Numbered from the stretch's first letter, positions 34,487-43,822 are shown. The stretch is 46,422 bases of DNA from Candidatus Omnitrophota bacterium (GCA_016206945.1 JACQQP010000172.1:1-46422); one strand, 5' to 3'. Translations and numbers: made by a program. The notes: generated by a model not told the origin, from the letters alone.

Positions 34487-36244
34487 GTGCTTAGGACGCA
34501 TACGTGCGGTGAATTGACGGAAAGGCAAATTGGCCAAAGAGCTACGCTTTGCGGTTGGGTCGATAGCCGCCGCGATCACGGAAACGTTATCTTTATTGAT
34601 CTTCGTGACCGCTGGGGAAAAACCCAACTCGTATTTAATCCCGAAGGAAATCGCGAGCTCCATAAGGCAGCTGAAAAATTGCGCCTTGAATATGTGGTTC
34701 GAATCCAAGGTAGGGTTGAAAAAAGACCCCAAGGGACTGAAAACCCGAAAATCACTACAGGAGAAATTGAAATACGGTGCTCCGAACTTGAAATTTTAAA
34801 TCCTTCCGAGACGCCTCCTTTTGAACTAATGGATGATTCCAATATTTCAGAGGAACTTCGATTGAAGTATCGTTACCTTGATTTGAGGCGGCCTTCTATG
34901 TTTCGCCGGCTTTATGACCGGCACAAGATGACAAAGATCGCTCGTGATTATTTCGATGGCAATGGTTTTATTGAAGTCGAAACCCCAATGCTCACGAGAA
35001 GCACGCCTGAGGGGGCGCGGGATTTTCTGGTGCCATCGCGGCTTGAGCTGGGTAGTTTTTACGCGCTTCCGCAATCGCCGCAGCTGTTTAAGCAAATTTT
35101 GATGGTTGCCGGTTTCGACCGTTATTTTCAGTTGGCACGTTGTCTTCGGGATGAGGATTTAAGGGCAGACCGCCAGCCGGAACACACACAAATTGACGTG
35201 GAAATGTCTTTTGTTTCGGAGGATGACATTATTTCCGTCATTGAAGGATTCTTAGTGCGGATGGTTGAAAGTGTACGGGGAATCAAACTCAAAACGCCCC
35301 TTAAACGGTTAACGTATGACGAGGCCATGAGCCGTTTTGGTTCTGATAAACCCGATTTGCGTTTTGAACTTGAACTGGTCGATGTCACATCGATTTTATC
35401 CGCAACCGAATTTAATGTTTTCCAAGAAGTGATTAAGGGAAAAGGAGTGATCAAGGGACTAAAAATAGGGGAACGGAATTTTTCGCGATCTGATTTTGAC
35501 CAGCTGACCGCTTTGGTGCAGGGGTTTGGGGCCAAGGGGCTTGCGTGGTTTAAAGTTGAAGCAGGCGGTTTGGAGTCTCCCGTTGCGAAATTTCTTACCC
35601 AAGTTCAACAGGAGAGTTTGAAAAAGGCATTCCAAGCGAAGACGGGCGACACCATTTTTCTAGTTGCCGATCAATGGTTGAACGCATCGACTGCATTAGG
35701 AGTCCTTCGGAATCACTTAGCAATTCAGTTTGGCCTAAATCAATTGGAAGAGCTTGCTTTGGCTTGGATTGTGGATTTTCCACTCTTTCAATGGAATGAG
35801 GAAGAGAAACGGGTGGACGCCGTTCACCATCCTTTTACAGCGCCTCAGGAAGCGGACCTTAAGTTCCTGGAAACAGAGCCGCTTCGCGTGCGCGCCCGCG
35901 CCTATGATATTATTTTAAATGGGACTGAAATAGGCGGGGGGAGCATCCGAATTCATCAGGAGGAGGTGCAGAAACGGGTGTTCAAGATTCTTGGAATCAG
36001 CGATAAGGAAGCGGAAGAAAAGTTTGGCTTCCTTCTCCGTGCCCTTAGGTTTGGAGCACCGCCTCATGGGGGAATTGCCATTGGCCTAGATCGTTTATGT
36101 GCCATTATGGGCGGAGTGGATTCGATTCGTGAAGTCATTGCATTTCCTAAAACACAGAAGGGAGTTTGTCCCATGACGGAAGCTCCTTCAAAAGTGGATC
36201 CGAAGCAGTTAAAAGAATTGGGGCTCCAGGTGAAGGGTCGCTAG
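34487..36244 (+). CDS. aspS: Aspartate--tRNA ligase (bacterial type)
   Basis: Motifs are FIDLRDRWG, ALPQSPQLFKQ, GTEIGGGSIRIH and PPHGGIAIGLDR. The start is GTG. Confidence 0.92.
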   Translation: MLRTHTCGELTERQIGQRATLCGWVDSRRDHGNVIFIDLRDRWGKTQLVFNPEGNRELHKAAEKLRLEYVVRIQGRVEKRPQGTENPKITTGEIEIRCSELEILNPSETPPFELMDDSNISEELRLKYRYLDLRRPSMFRRLYDRHKMTKIARDYFDGNGFIEVETPMLTRSTPEGARDFLVPSRLELGSFYALPQSPQLFKQILMVAGFDRYFQLARCLRDEDLRADRQPEHTQIDVEMSFVSEDDIISVIEGFLVRMVESVRGIKLKTPLKRLTYDEAMSRFGSDKPDLRFELELVDVTSILSATEFNVFQEVIKGKGVIKGLKIGERNFSRSDFDQLTALVQGFGAKGLAWFKVEAGGLESPVAKFLTQVQQESLKKAFQAKTGDTIFLVADQWLNASTALGVLRNHLAIQFGLNQLEELALAWIVDFPLFQWNEEEKRVDAVHHPFTAPQEADLKFLETEPLRVRARAYDIILNGTEIGGGSIRIHQEEVQKRVFKILGISDKEAEEKFGFLLRALRFGAPPHGGIAIGLDRLCAIMGGVDSIREVIAFPKTQKGVCPMTEAPSKVDPKQLKELGLQVKGR

Positions 36245-36255
36245 GGAGTTAAGAC

Positions 36256-37200
36256 TTGGAAAAAATCATTAAACTGAATTCCGATCAAGAAGCAATTTCA
36301 CTTTATGGAAGTTTGGACGAGCGGCTTCGATTCGCCGAGGAAAAATTTAAAGTAAAAATCTCGGCTCGGAATCACCGTCTTGTCATTTCAGGGACCAAAG
36401 AAAATGTAAAGTCTGCGGTGGAGTTTTTCATGTTGGAGCTAGAACGAATCCGGGGCGAGAATCATCCGCAGTCGGGAGCAAATCACGAGGGGCCTGAACA
36501 TTTGGAAGCTCGCGGGCGTGAGAAACATCATGAAAAATCCGCCATCAGTTTCTTTCATAAGGGAAAACTGATCAAGGCGAAAAGTGGGAATCAGGAATCC
36601 TACTTGCGTGCTATGGAGCGATATGATCTCGTGATTGCGATTGGGCCTGCAGGAACCGGAAAGACCTATCTGGCGATGGCTCGGGCCATCGATGCGCTCA
36701 AGAAAAAGAAAGTAAGCCGCATTATTCTGACACGCCCCGCTGTGGAAGCAGGAGAAAGTCTTGGTTTTTTGCCCGGCGACTTATATGCCAAAATTAATCC
36801 CTATCTTCGCCCTCTTTATGATGCCCTTTATGACATGGTGGATTTTGATGAGGCCAGCCGACATCTTCAGCGGGGGTTAATTGAAGTTGCCCCTCTTGCT
36901 TACATGCGTGGAAGGACGCTCAACGACAGCTTCGTCATCTTGGATGAGGGCCAGAATTGTACTCATGAACAAATGAAGATGTTCTTAACCCGACTTGGTT
37001 TTTCATCCCGGGCCGTTGTCACCGGTGACATTACACAAATTGATCTCCCGAGTGGCAAACGCTCGGGCTTAGTTGAAATTCAGAACATACTGAACCAGGT
37101 CGAAGGGATTAAGTTTTGTTACTTGGATGAAAAGGATGTCATTCGCCACAAATTGGTTCAAGATGTCATCAAAGCGTATGAAAAACATGAACGCAGGTAA
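36256..37200 (+). CDS. ybeZ: PhoH-like ATPase (YbeZ)
   Basis: It has Walker [12 protein letters not shown], the ILDEGQN motif and the [10 protein letters not shown] motif. The start is TTG. Confidence 0.88.
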   Translation: MEKIIKLNSDQEAISLYGSLDERLRFAEEKFKVKISARNHRLVISGTKENVKSAVEFFMLELERIRGENHPQSGANHEGPEHLEARGREKHHEKSAISFFHKGKLIKAKSGNQESYLRAMERYDLVIAIGPAGTGKTYLAMARAIDALKKKKVSRIILTRPAVEAGESLGFLPGDLYAKINPYLRPLYDALYDMVDFDEASRHLQRGLIEVAPLAYMRGRTLNDSFVILDEGQNCTHEQMKMFLTRLGFSSRAVVTGDITQIDLPSGKRSGLVEIQNILNQVEGIKFCYLDEKDVIRHKLVQDVIKAYEKHERR

Positions 37201-37214
37201 TCGTCCCTATCTTT

Positions 37215-37709
37215 ATGGAGAAGCGTTACACCTCTGCTCGAAAAGGAAATCACGTCTTTATTAGGAATTGCTCCTCCCGATTTCGCATTAACCCCGAGGC
37301 CGTAGGTCGTTTCGTTCACGGTGTCCTCAAGATACTTCGATTGAAACATACGGCGATCAGTTTTGTCTTTGTTTCAGATACTGAGATTCAGCGTATAAAC
37401 CGCAGGCACTTGGGTCATGATTGGGCGACCGATGTCTTGGCTTTTCCCTATGGAGATTCCATTGGAGCGAGCAAAGTGAATCACGGCCGTTCCTTTCTTG
37501 GCGAAATCATTGTCTCCCCTAGGCAAGCCAAGCTTTATTCGGAAAAGTTTCATTTATCGTTTCACGAAGAATTTGCTCGTTATCTGTGTCATGGAATCCT
37601 TCATTTGAAAGGGTATTCGGATCAATCCGTACGAGCTAAGGCGATCATGGGGAAAGCAGAGGATCACTTGCTCAAAACTTTCGCTCCCGAGATAAAACAC
37701 CTGATCTAA
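37215..37709 (+). CDS. ybeY: rRNA maturation endoribonuclease YbeY
   Basis: The ATDVLAFP motif and the zinc motif HGILHLKGYSD are present. It lies in the conserved phoH-ybeY context. Confidence 0.88.
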   Translation: MEKRYTSARKGNHVFIRNCSSRFRINPEAVGRFVHGVLKILRLKHTAISFVFVSDTEIQRINRRHLGHDWATDVLAFPYGDSIGASKVNHGRSFLGEIIVSPRQAKLYSEKFHLSFHEEFARYLCHGILHLKGYSDQSVRAKAIMGKAEDHLLKTFAPEIKHLI

Positions 37710-37711
37710 CG

Positions 37712-38473
37712 ATGGCGATTAAAAAGGCAGAGGCTTTTGTTTTAAAAAGATGGTCTTTTCGGGAAACCTCGCTTCTCGTTACTGTGTTCACGCGGGAGAA
37801 TGGAAAAATTAAGGGTCTTGTCAAGGGAGCGCGAAAAGAAAAAAATCCCCTCGCCGTTCGGTTTGAACCTTTTACCCATTTATTGTTGAATTATTATGAG
37901 AAAACGAAATCTGAAACCCATTTGATTTCTCATGCTGATATTTTGAGCTCAAATGCTTTCCTCAGAAGCCGCTTGGATTTTTTCAGCTACGCCAGTTACC
38001 AAGCAGATTTGCTGGACTCACTTTTTGGGTTGCACGATCCCCAAGTTCGGGTTTTCGAACTTTTAAGGGTTTCGTTTAATCTATTTCAAAAGGCTTCGCC
38101 CATGATGGTTACGCGCGTATTTGAAGCAAAGTTATTGGACCAAGCGGGTTTTCTTCCCAATTTAGCGCATTGCACGTCATGTGGTAGAGAGAATTTTGAG
38201 CGAAGTTTTTTTAGTTCAAGGCAAGGAGGGCTTCTCTGTGCACAGTGTGAAGGACGGGAGTTTGGATCTGTGCCTATTTCTAAGAAAGCCATAGAAGCGC
38301 TCCTCTTTTTTCTAGTGACGCCTATGGAAAAGGCAATTGCGATGCCTCTGGATGGTCAGGTTGCTGGGGAGCTTGAACGGATCGGTAGAAAATTCATCGA
38401 GTTTCGGTTGGAATACCCCTTAAAATCCTCGCGCTTTTTATCTGAAGTTAAACCTTTCATTAAAATCATGTAA
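37712..38473 (+). CDS. recO: DNA repair protein RecO
   Basis: The N-terminus is an OB-fold region (EAFVLKRWSFRETSLLVTVFTRENGKIKGLVKGAR). A Cys4 zinc motif is present (CTSCGRE...CAQCEG). Confidence 0.85.
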   Translation: MAIKKAEAFVLKRWSFRETSLLVTVFTRENGKIKGLVKGARKEKNPLAVRFEPFTHLLLNYYEKTKSETHLISHADILSSNAFLRSRLDFFSYASYQADLLDSLFGLHDPQVRVFELLRVSFNLFQKASPMMVTRVFEAKLLDQAGFLPNLAHCTSCGRENFERSFFSSRQGGLLCAQCEGREFGSVPISKKAIEALLFFLVTPMEKAIAMPLDGQVAGELERIGRKFIEFRLEYPLKSSRFLSEVKPFIKIM

Positions 38474-38546
38474 GTCATTTATAATAAACCAGTAACGTCG
38501 AATTTCCTACCTCGTTTGACACCCCAAATATCATGTGTTAGCTTTT

Positions 38547-38575
38547 AAGGGAGATTAACCGATCTCTCTTTTTTT
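38547..38575 (+). terminator. Probable intrinsic terminator after recO
   Basis: A 9-bp stem (38547-55 / 38562-70, with one G-U pair) and the 6-nt loop TAACCG are followed by five more T residues (38571-75). Confidence 0.5.
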
Positions 38576-38627
38576 AGGTGGTAAAGACAAGACATTTATA
38601 AAGCTTGATTTACCGAGGGGTGAACGA

Positions 38628-39401
38628 ATGCCACAAGATGAGAGAAGTTACTTTTACTTTGATATCCCAAAGCAAGCGCGGGATTCGGCAATCAGCTATT
38701 TGCTTCACGCGCTTTTAAAGTCGCGCTCGGCATGCCAGTTGCCGTCCAATCAGGATCAATTCGATGAAGATGTGAACATCTATTTGGCGCACCTTCTCTT
38801 TGCCTGTTCACTTCCTGATTACTTAGGAGCAGTAAATCGGTATCTCAGTATGAACGTAAGCGAAATGACAAATCTGATCGAGCAAAATGACGATCGGATT
38901 GTGCGCTATTTTATCTACAAAGTAAATGCGGATCACTTGATGGTGCATTTGGGGATCTTTCAGGATCTTGAAAACGAGCACCGTCTGTTTAGAAAATCGG
39001 AACCTCAATTTTCGAGCATGGCTCAGAGTTACTATCGGCAGGCTGCCAGTTATAACCGTAGGATATATCGGCGCGAGACTGCCATTGGCAGCGTTTTGGA
39101 GAAACTCGCCGTCGGATTTGACCGTTACAAGAGGATCCTTCGCTTTGCCCGTAAGGAATTTTTTCATTTTACGAATCGGTTTCAGGATGAGTCATTTGAA
39201 CAGTTCTGTAACGCGGTAGATCGATATGAAAGAGAGGAACGCCTAAATGGAGCCATTGACCGTTTCCTCGATAGTTATGCCGAATGGCTGAAGGTAAAAG
39301 ACCCGGCGGCACGGTTGAGGTTGATTGATTATGCCAGGGCGCTCCAAAAGTTAGATCCGGAATTTTCATTTAATTTTGAGGGGGAAGCGGAAGCAGCATG
39401 A
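38628..39401 (+). CDS. Hypothetical protein (257 aa), with a C-terminal module shared by the two downstream small ORFs
   Basis: The ATG follows GAGGGGTGA. I recognise no family. It looks helical and charged. Residues 213-246 (FLDSYAEW...LDPEF) align without gaps with both downstream ORFs. Confidence 0.6.
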   Translation: MPQDERSYFYFDIPKQARDSAISYLLHALLKSRSACQLPSNQDQFDEDVNIYLAHLLFACSLPDYLGAVNRYLSMNVSEMTNLIEQNDDRIVRYFIYKVNADHLMVHLGIFQDLENEHRLFRKSEPQFSSMAQSYYRQAASYNRRIYRRETAIGSVLEKLAVGFDRYKRILRFARKEFFHFTNRFQDESFEQFCNAVDRYEREERLNGAIDRFLDSYAEWLKVKDPAARLRLIDYARALQKLDPEFSFNFEGEAEAA

Positions 39402-39604
39402 AAATCTTATCTCGATTTCCGCAAGCGGCAGGGTGTCGACATCGGATGAAAAGGGATGTGGAGGGCCGTTTTCTTGAGCTTTATTCGATGTGGCATGAGA
39501 CACATGACCTTCACTTGAAAAGGCGGCTTTATGCTTCTTTGAATAGGGTGATGCGTCGGATGCCCAACTTCGACTTGAGGCGCCGATTTAAGCAGGCTTT
39601 TTGA
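39398..39604 (+). CDS. Hypothetical small protein (68 aa), paralogous module
   Basis: Its start overlaps the upstream stop (ATGA). Residues 25-58 (FLELYSMW...RMPNF) have the same 34-aa spacing as the upstream C-terminus. Confidence 0.5.
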   Translation: MKILSRFPQAAGCRHRMKRDVEGRFLELYSMWHETHDLHLKRRLYASLNRVMRRMPNFDLRRRFKQAF

Positions 39605-39614
39605 GGCGAATCTT

Positions 39615-39809
39615 ATGAAATCGAATTTTTTAATCCTTTGCCTACAAGATGAGGATGATTTTGAGCAGGAAATGAACCGAAGACAAGACGAGTTTCTGGA
39701 TCTTTTTTCCCTCTACCGCCAAACCGGCCTTTCTTGGATTAAGGAAGAGTTACTATTGAAAGCCTATCAACTTCACCTCCTTGATCCAGAATTTAGATTC
39801 CACTTATAA
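39615..39809 (+). CDS. Hypothetical small protein (64 aa), paralogous module
   Basis: Residues 27-60 (FLDLFSLY...LLDPEF) form the same module. It is the last gene before a consensus promoter. Confidence 0.5.
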   Translation: MKSNFLILCLQDEDDFEQEMNRRQDEFLDLFSLYRQTGLSWIKEELLLKAYQLHLLDPEFRFHL

Positions 39810-39866
39810 GACCAAGCTTCTCAGGCGATCACCTTTCCTCGTACTTCTTTGACCCTTCAGCCCTAT

Positions 39867-39895
39867 TTGACACGGTTAGTTGCGTCTGTTATAAT
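39867..39895 (+). promoter_or_regulatory. Sigma-70-type promoter upstream of the aminotransferase/folK/panC block
   Basis: TTGACA (39867-72), a 17-nt spacer and TATAAT (39890-95) are all perfect consensus. They lie ~60 nt upstream of ATG 39954. Confidence 0.65.
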
Positions 39896-39953
39896 CCGCC
39901 CCTCTTAACTTCTTGCAAGACAATCAATTGCGTTAAAAATCAGAGCCTGAAAG

Positions 39954-41138
39954 ATGAGAAGAACTAGTATTTCAATCGAAGCAGCCGAGAGACTCAAAAA
40001 GCTGCCGCCTTACCTTTTTGCTGAAATCGACCGTCTCAAGCGGGAGTTGACTGCACAGGGTAAGGACGTAATCGACTTGGGAGTTGGAGATCCAGATCTG
40101 GCAACTCCGTCCTTTATAATCGAAGCGCTTTCTGAAGCGGCAAAAAATCCTGTCAACCATCGTTATGCCCTCGATCAAGGGATGCCTGAACTGAGGCGCG
40201 CGATTGCTTCGTGGTACCGGTCGCGCTTCGGTGTAGAACTTAATCCAGATTCGGAGGTGCTTCCTCTCATTGGCTCCAAAGAAGGAATTGGTCACATTCC
40301 GCTTGCTTTGATAAACCCGGGCGATCTGGTGCTCGTTCCAGATCCGGGTTATCCCGTTTACAAATCAGGCACGTACTTTGCCGGCGGTCAACCTCATTTG
40401 CTCGCCCTTTTGGAAGAGAATGATTACCTTGTTGATTTCAGTTCTATTGAAGAAAATATTTTAGAACGAGCGAAACTTCTATTCCTGAATTACCCCAACA
40501 ATCCCACGACAGCGTGTGCGAGTAAGGATTTTTTCACAAGTGCCATTAAAACGGCGCGCGACTGTGGGTTTGTCATATGCCATGATGCCGCCTATACAGA
40601 AATTGCCTACGATGGTTATGAAGCGCCTAGTTTTCTTCAAGCGGAGGGAGCCAAGGAAGTGGGCATTGAGTTTCATTCGCTTTCGAAAACTTTTAATATG
40701 ACGGGCTGGCGTGTGGGCTTCGCCTGTGGGAACGCTAAAATTTTGGAACTTCTTGGAAAAGTGAAGTCCAATTTGGACTCCGGAATTTTTCAAGCGATCC
40801 AATGGGCTGCGGTAAAAGCTCTAGCGAGTGGAAGAGAAGAGGCAAATAAAAATTCAAAAATTTACGAACGCAGGCGGGATCTTTTAGTCGATGGATTAAA
40901 TGCTTTGGGCTGGCGGGTTCCCAAGCCGAAAGCTACTTTTTATGTCTGGGCGCCCGTGCCGCCAGGTTATACGTCGCAGGAACTTGCCGCGCGACTTTTG
41001 AAAGAAGCAAACGTCATTGTCACTCCAGGAAATGGCTTTGGTCCGAATGGGGAAGGCTACTTTCGTATGTCCCTTACCTTGAAAGACGAGCGGATCGAGG
41101 AATCACTCAAGCGGATCAAAAAGCTTCACAGTCGATAA
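39954..41138 (+). CDS. dapL: Class I/II aminotransferase, probably LL-diaminopimelate aminotransferase
   Basis: LPPYLFAEIDRLK...DVIDLGVGDPD is the N-terminal pattern I associate with this DapL subtype. The PLP-lysine motif SLSKTFNMTGWR is present. Confidence 0.7.
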   Translation: MRRTSISIEAAERLKKLPPYLFAEIDRLKRELTAQGKDVIDLGVGDPDLATPSFIIEALSEAAKNPVNHRYALDQGMPELRRAIASWYRSRFGVELNPDSEVLPLIGSKEGIGHIPLALINPGDLVLVPDPGYPVYKSGTYFAGGQPHLLALLEENDYLVDFSSIEENILERAKLLFLNYPNNPTTACASKDFFTSAIKTARDCGFVICHDAAYTEIAYDGYEAPSFLQAEGAKEVGIEFHSLSKTFNMTGWRVGFACGNAKILELLGKVKSNLDSGIFQAIQWAAVKALASGREEANKNSKIYERRRDLLVDGLNALGWRVPKPKATFYVWAPVPPGYTSQELAARLLKEANVIVTPGNGFGPNGEGYFRMSLTLKDERIEESLKRIKKLHSR

Positions 41139-41152
41139 TTGACTTTCCTCCA

Positions 41153-41632
41153 ATGTCCACAATCGCTTTTGTTGGCGTAGGTTCTAACCTTGGGAACCGA
41201 AGGTATTCAGTTGATCAAGCGAAAGAACTTTTGGCTGCTTACCCCACGGTCAGGTTCGTGAGGTCCGCTCCATGTTATGAAACGGAACCTGTGGGCGGTC
41301 CTCTACAGGGTTTGTATTTGAACACTGTTTGGGAAGTCGAGACAGATCTTAGCGCCAAGGAGTTTCTCGCTTTACTCTTGAGCGTGGAATCAAAACTCGG
41401 ACGCACTCGTCTTCAGAAAAATGAACCTCGGCTCATTGACCTTGATCTTTTGTTCTTTGGAGATGAGGTCATCCAGAATTCTGATCTTATCGTGCCACAT
41501 CCGAGACTTCACGAACGGTGGTTTGTCTTAAAACCTCTTTGGGATCTTCGATCCGATTTGATTCATCCCGTTCTCAAGAAAAGTGTCTGTGAATTATTAG
41601 ACCAAGTCAATGCGAGTCATCAAAAGTCCTGA
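41153..41632 (+). CDS. folK: 2-amino-4-hydroxy-6-hydroxymethyldihydropteridine diphosphokinase (HPPK)
   Basis: Motifs are YETEPVG, RLIDLDLL and VPHPRLHERWFVLKPL. Confidence 0.88.
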   Translation: MSTIAFVGVGSNLGNRRYSVDQAKELLAAYPTVRFVRSAPCYETEPVGGPLQGLYLNTVWEVETDLSAKEFLALLLSVESKLGRTRLQKNEPRLIDLDLLFFGDEVIQNSDLIVPHPRLHERWFVLKPLWDLRSDLIHPVLKKSVCELLDQVNASHQKS

Positions 41633-42452
41633 ACATCTGAGCGAGGCTCTTTCGCGTTTTCGGAAACGGGGGAAACAAGTCGGGTTTGTACCCACCATGG
41701 GATATCTTCATGAAGGCCACCTTTTTTTGGTGCGTCGGGCACGAAAGGAAAACGATATTGTGGTAGTCAGTATCTTCGTCAATCCCACTCAGTTCGGCCC
41801 CCACGAAGATTTTAAGCGTTATCCCAGAGATTTAAAACGTGACAGAAAACTTTTGAGGCGAGACCATGTCGATTATTTATTTCTGCCCTCGCGTTCTTCG
41901 ATTTATCCGAAGTATTTTAATGATGTCGTAGATCCTGGACCCTTGGCCCGTTACCTTTGCGGGCCAAAGCGGCCAGGCCATTTTCGCGGAGTTGCAACAG
42001 TGGTGAAACGCCTGTTCAGAATCGTCCACCCCGACAGAGCTTATTTTGGTGAAAAAGATTATCAACAATCAAGAATGATAGAAGCTTTGGTTCAGCGTTT
42101 TCGCATGCCCATTAAAGTTCGAACATGCCCGATTGTTCGTGAAAAGGATGGACTTGCGATGAGCTCACGCAATCGATATCTTTCAAGGCGAGAACGAATC
42201 TCAGCGCGTTCGCTTTACCAATCGCTCCTTCAGGCGAAGAAGTTAATTCGCGCTGGCGAGAGAGATGTAAGTGTGATTAAGAAAATGGCCCGAAGCGTCC
42301 TTCTTCCTTATCTTTCCAAAATCGATTATATTGAGTTAGTTGATCCGGATCAACTAACTCCTCTTAGAAAAGTTCAATCTCGAGTGCTTATAGCCATTGC
42401 TTGTTACGTCGGTTCAACGAGATTGATTGATAATATTCTAGTAAAAGTATAA
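41610..42452 (+). CDS. panC: Pantoate--beta-alanine ligase
   Basis: Motifs are VPTMGYLHEGHLFLV, VSIFVNPTQF and GEKDYQQ. It overlaps folK by 23 nt. Confidence 0.92.
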   Translation: MRVIKSPEHLSEALSRFRKRGKQVGFVPTMGYLHEGHLFLVRRARKENDIVVVSIFVNPTQFGPHEDFKRYPRDLKRDRKLLRRDHVDYLFLPSRSSIYPKYFNDVVDPGPLARYLCGPKRPGHFRGVATVVKRLFRIVHPDRAYFGEKDYQQSRMIEALVQRFRMPIKVRTCPIVREKDGLAMSSRNRYLSRRERISARSLYQSLLQAKKLIRAGERDVSVIKKMARSVLLPYLSKIDYIELVDPDQLTPLRKVQSRVLIAIACYVGSTRLIDNILVKV

Positions 42453-42508
42453 AATAACTATTTTTAGGGAAGCGGAAAGTCATCATTTTTTTAAAATAAG
42501 GTTGCACT

Positions 42509-42859
42509 ATGATCAGACAAATGCTCAAATCCAAGATCCATCGGGCGACAATTACTGAGTCGAACGTCAACTACGAGGGAAGCATCACGATCGACGAAAA
42601 ATTGATGGTGGAAGCCAATATTTTAGATCACGAAAAAGTGTTAATCGCTAATTTGAATAATGGTTCGCGCGTTGAAAGTTATGCCATTACAGGAAAATGG
42701 GGTTCGGGAGTCGTTTGTGCGAATGGGGGCGCAGCCCTTCATAATCAGGTAGGCGACAAGGTACTGATTATGAGTTTTTGTGCTTTAACGGATCGAGAAG
42801 TTAAGAAACATCGTCCGAGGATCGTTAAAGTCGATGAGAAAAACCGCATTATTCGTTAA
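42509..42859 (+). CDS. panD: Aspartate 1-decarboxylase
   Basis: MLKSKIHRATITESNVNYEGSITID includes the Gly-Ser self-cleavage site. Confidence 0.92.
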   Translation: MIRQMLKSKIHRATITESNVNYEGSITIDEKLMVEANILDHEKVLIANLNNGSRVESYAITGKWGSGVVCANGGAALHNQVGDKVLIMSFCALTDREVKKHRPRIVKVDEKNRIIR

Positions 42860-42878
42860 ATGAGAAATGGTTCGTGGA

Positions 42879-43016
42879 TTGATCCCATCACCTCCGCGTA
42901 CGCCGCCTCCTCTTAAGATGGGCGGCGTATGTTTGTAGAAAATGCAAGAGCACGCTTTATTCAGAGTGCAAGATTGCTTCTTTAAGCGTGCTCTTGCGGT
43001 AGAGGTGATGGGATGA
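42879..43016 (+). repeat. SD-box cassette B (family II, 138 nt), with its mini-ORF disrupted
   Basis: The left end is TTGATCCCATCACCTCC and the right end is AGAGGTGATGGGATGA, with ATG 43013 starting nadX. Hairpins lie at 42899-907/42921-29 (9 bp) and 42944-55/42986-97 (12 bp). It is the same length as 31879-32016, but has TTG in place of ATG and an in-frame TAG at 42936-38. Confidence 0.85.
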
Positions 43017-43822
43017 TTCGAATTGGTATTGTCGGGTGTGGAACCATTGGAACAGCGCTCGCGAAAGCAATTCAGCAAAAATTTCATAAATTTGCCAGCC
43101 TCTTTTATATAGCAGATATTAGTCCTCTCCAAATTAAGAAATTCCTCAAAAAAGTTAGGACGAAGCACCTTCAAACTGTTTCCTTAAGCGAACTGGTGTC
43201 AAAAAGTGACTTCATTGTAGAGACGGCGTCAGTTCAGGCTGCTTGCGAGATAATTCCAAAAGTGCTCAAGGCCGGCAAAGATATATTGACGTTGAGTGTC
43301 GGAGGGATTCTTAAGGTTCAAAATCTCAAGCGCTTGTTGGCAAGAAGCCGTGGTCATATTTATATTCCTTCTGGAGGCATCAGCGGCATTGATGCTGTTC
43401 TGGCTGCCAAAGTCGGCCAGATTCGTTCCGTCCAAATTACGACAAGAAAACCGCTTCGGAGTTTTCGAGACGCCCCTTACTTTTTTAAAAATGGGATCCG
43501 TTTGAGAAAAATTAGGAAACCCACCCTCATTTTCCAAGGAAATGCCGAGAAAGCGATTCGAAATTTTCCGGAGAATGTAAACGTTGCCGTAACGTTAAGT
43601 CTGGCAGGCATCGGACCGCGAAAAACCAAGGTGCGTGTGTTTACCTCTCCTACATACCGTTACAACATGCATGAAATTAAGATTGAAGGCCGTTTCGGAC
43701 AAGTCGTCTCCAAAGTCATCAATCTGCCTTCCAAAGAAAACCCAAAAACAAGTGCCCTTGCCGTGGGTTCTGCCATCGCTACTTTGGAGAAGATATTTGC
43801 GAAAATGAAAGTGGGTACGTAA
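43013..43822 (+). CDS. nadX: L-aspartate dehydrogenase
   Basis: It has the Rossmann N-terminus IGIVGCGTIGTALA and the C-terminal aspartate-dehydrogenase-type domain (NVAVTLSLAG...HEIKIEG). It is ~269 aa. Confidence 0.8.
   Translation: MIRIGIVGCGTIGTALAKAIQQKFHKFASLFYIADISPLQIKKFLKKVRTKHLQTVSLSELVSKSDFIVETASVQAACEIIPKVLKAGKDILTLSVGGILKVQNLKRLLARSRGHIYIPSGGISGIDAVLAAKVGQIRSVQITTRKPLRSFRDAPYFFKNGIRLRKIRKPTLIFQGNAEKAIRNFPENVNVAVTLSLAGIGPRKTKVRVFTSPTYRYNMHEIKIEGRFGQVVSKVINLPSKENPKTSALAVGSAIATLEKIFAKMKVGT

Noticed and set aside
38516-38544. TTGACA, a 17-nt spacer and TAGCTT, considered as the promoter for the unknown operon.
   Set aside because: A transcript starting there would begin inside the terminator-like hairpin at 38547-75, and the -10 hexamer is weak. 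I could not identify a convincing promoter for 38628-39809.
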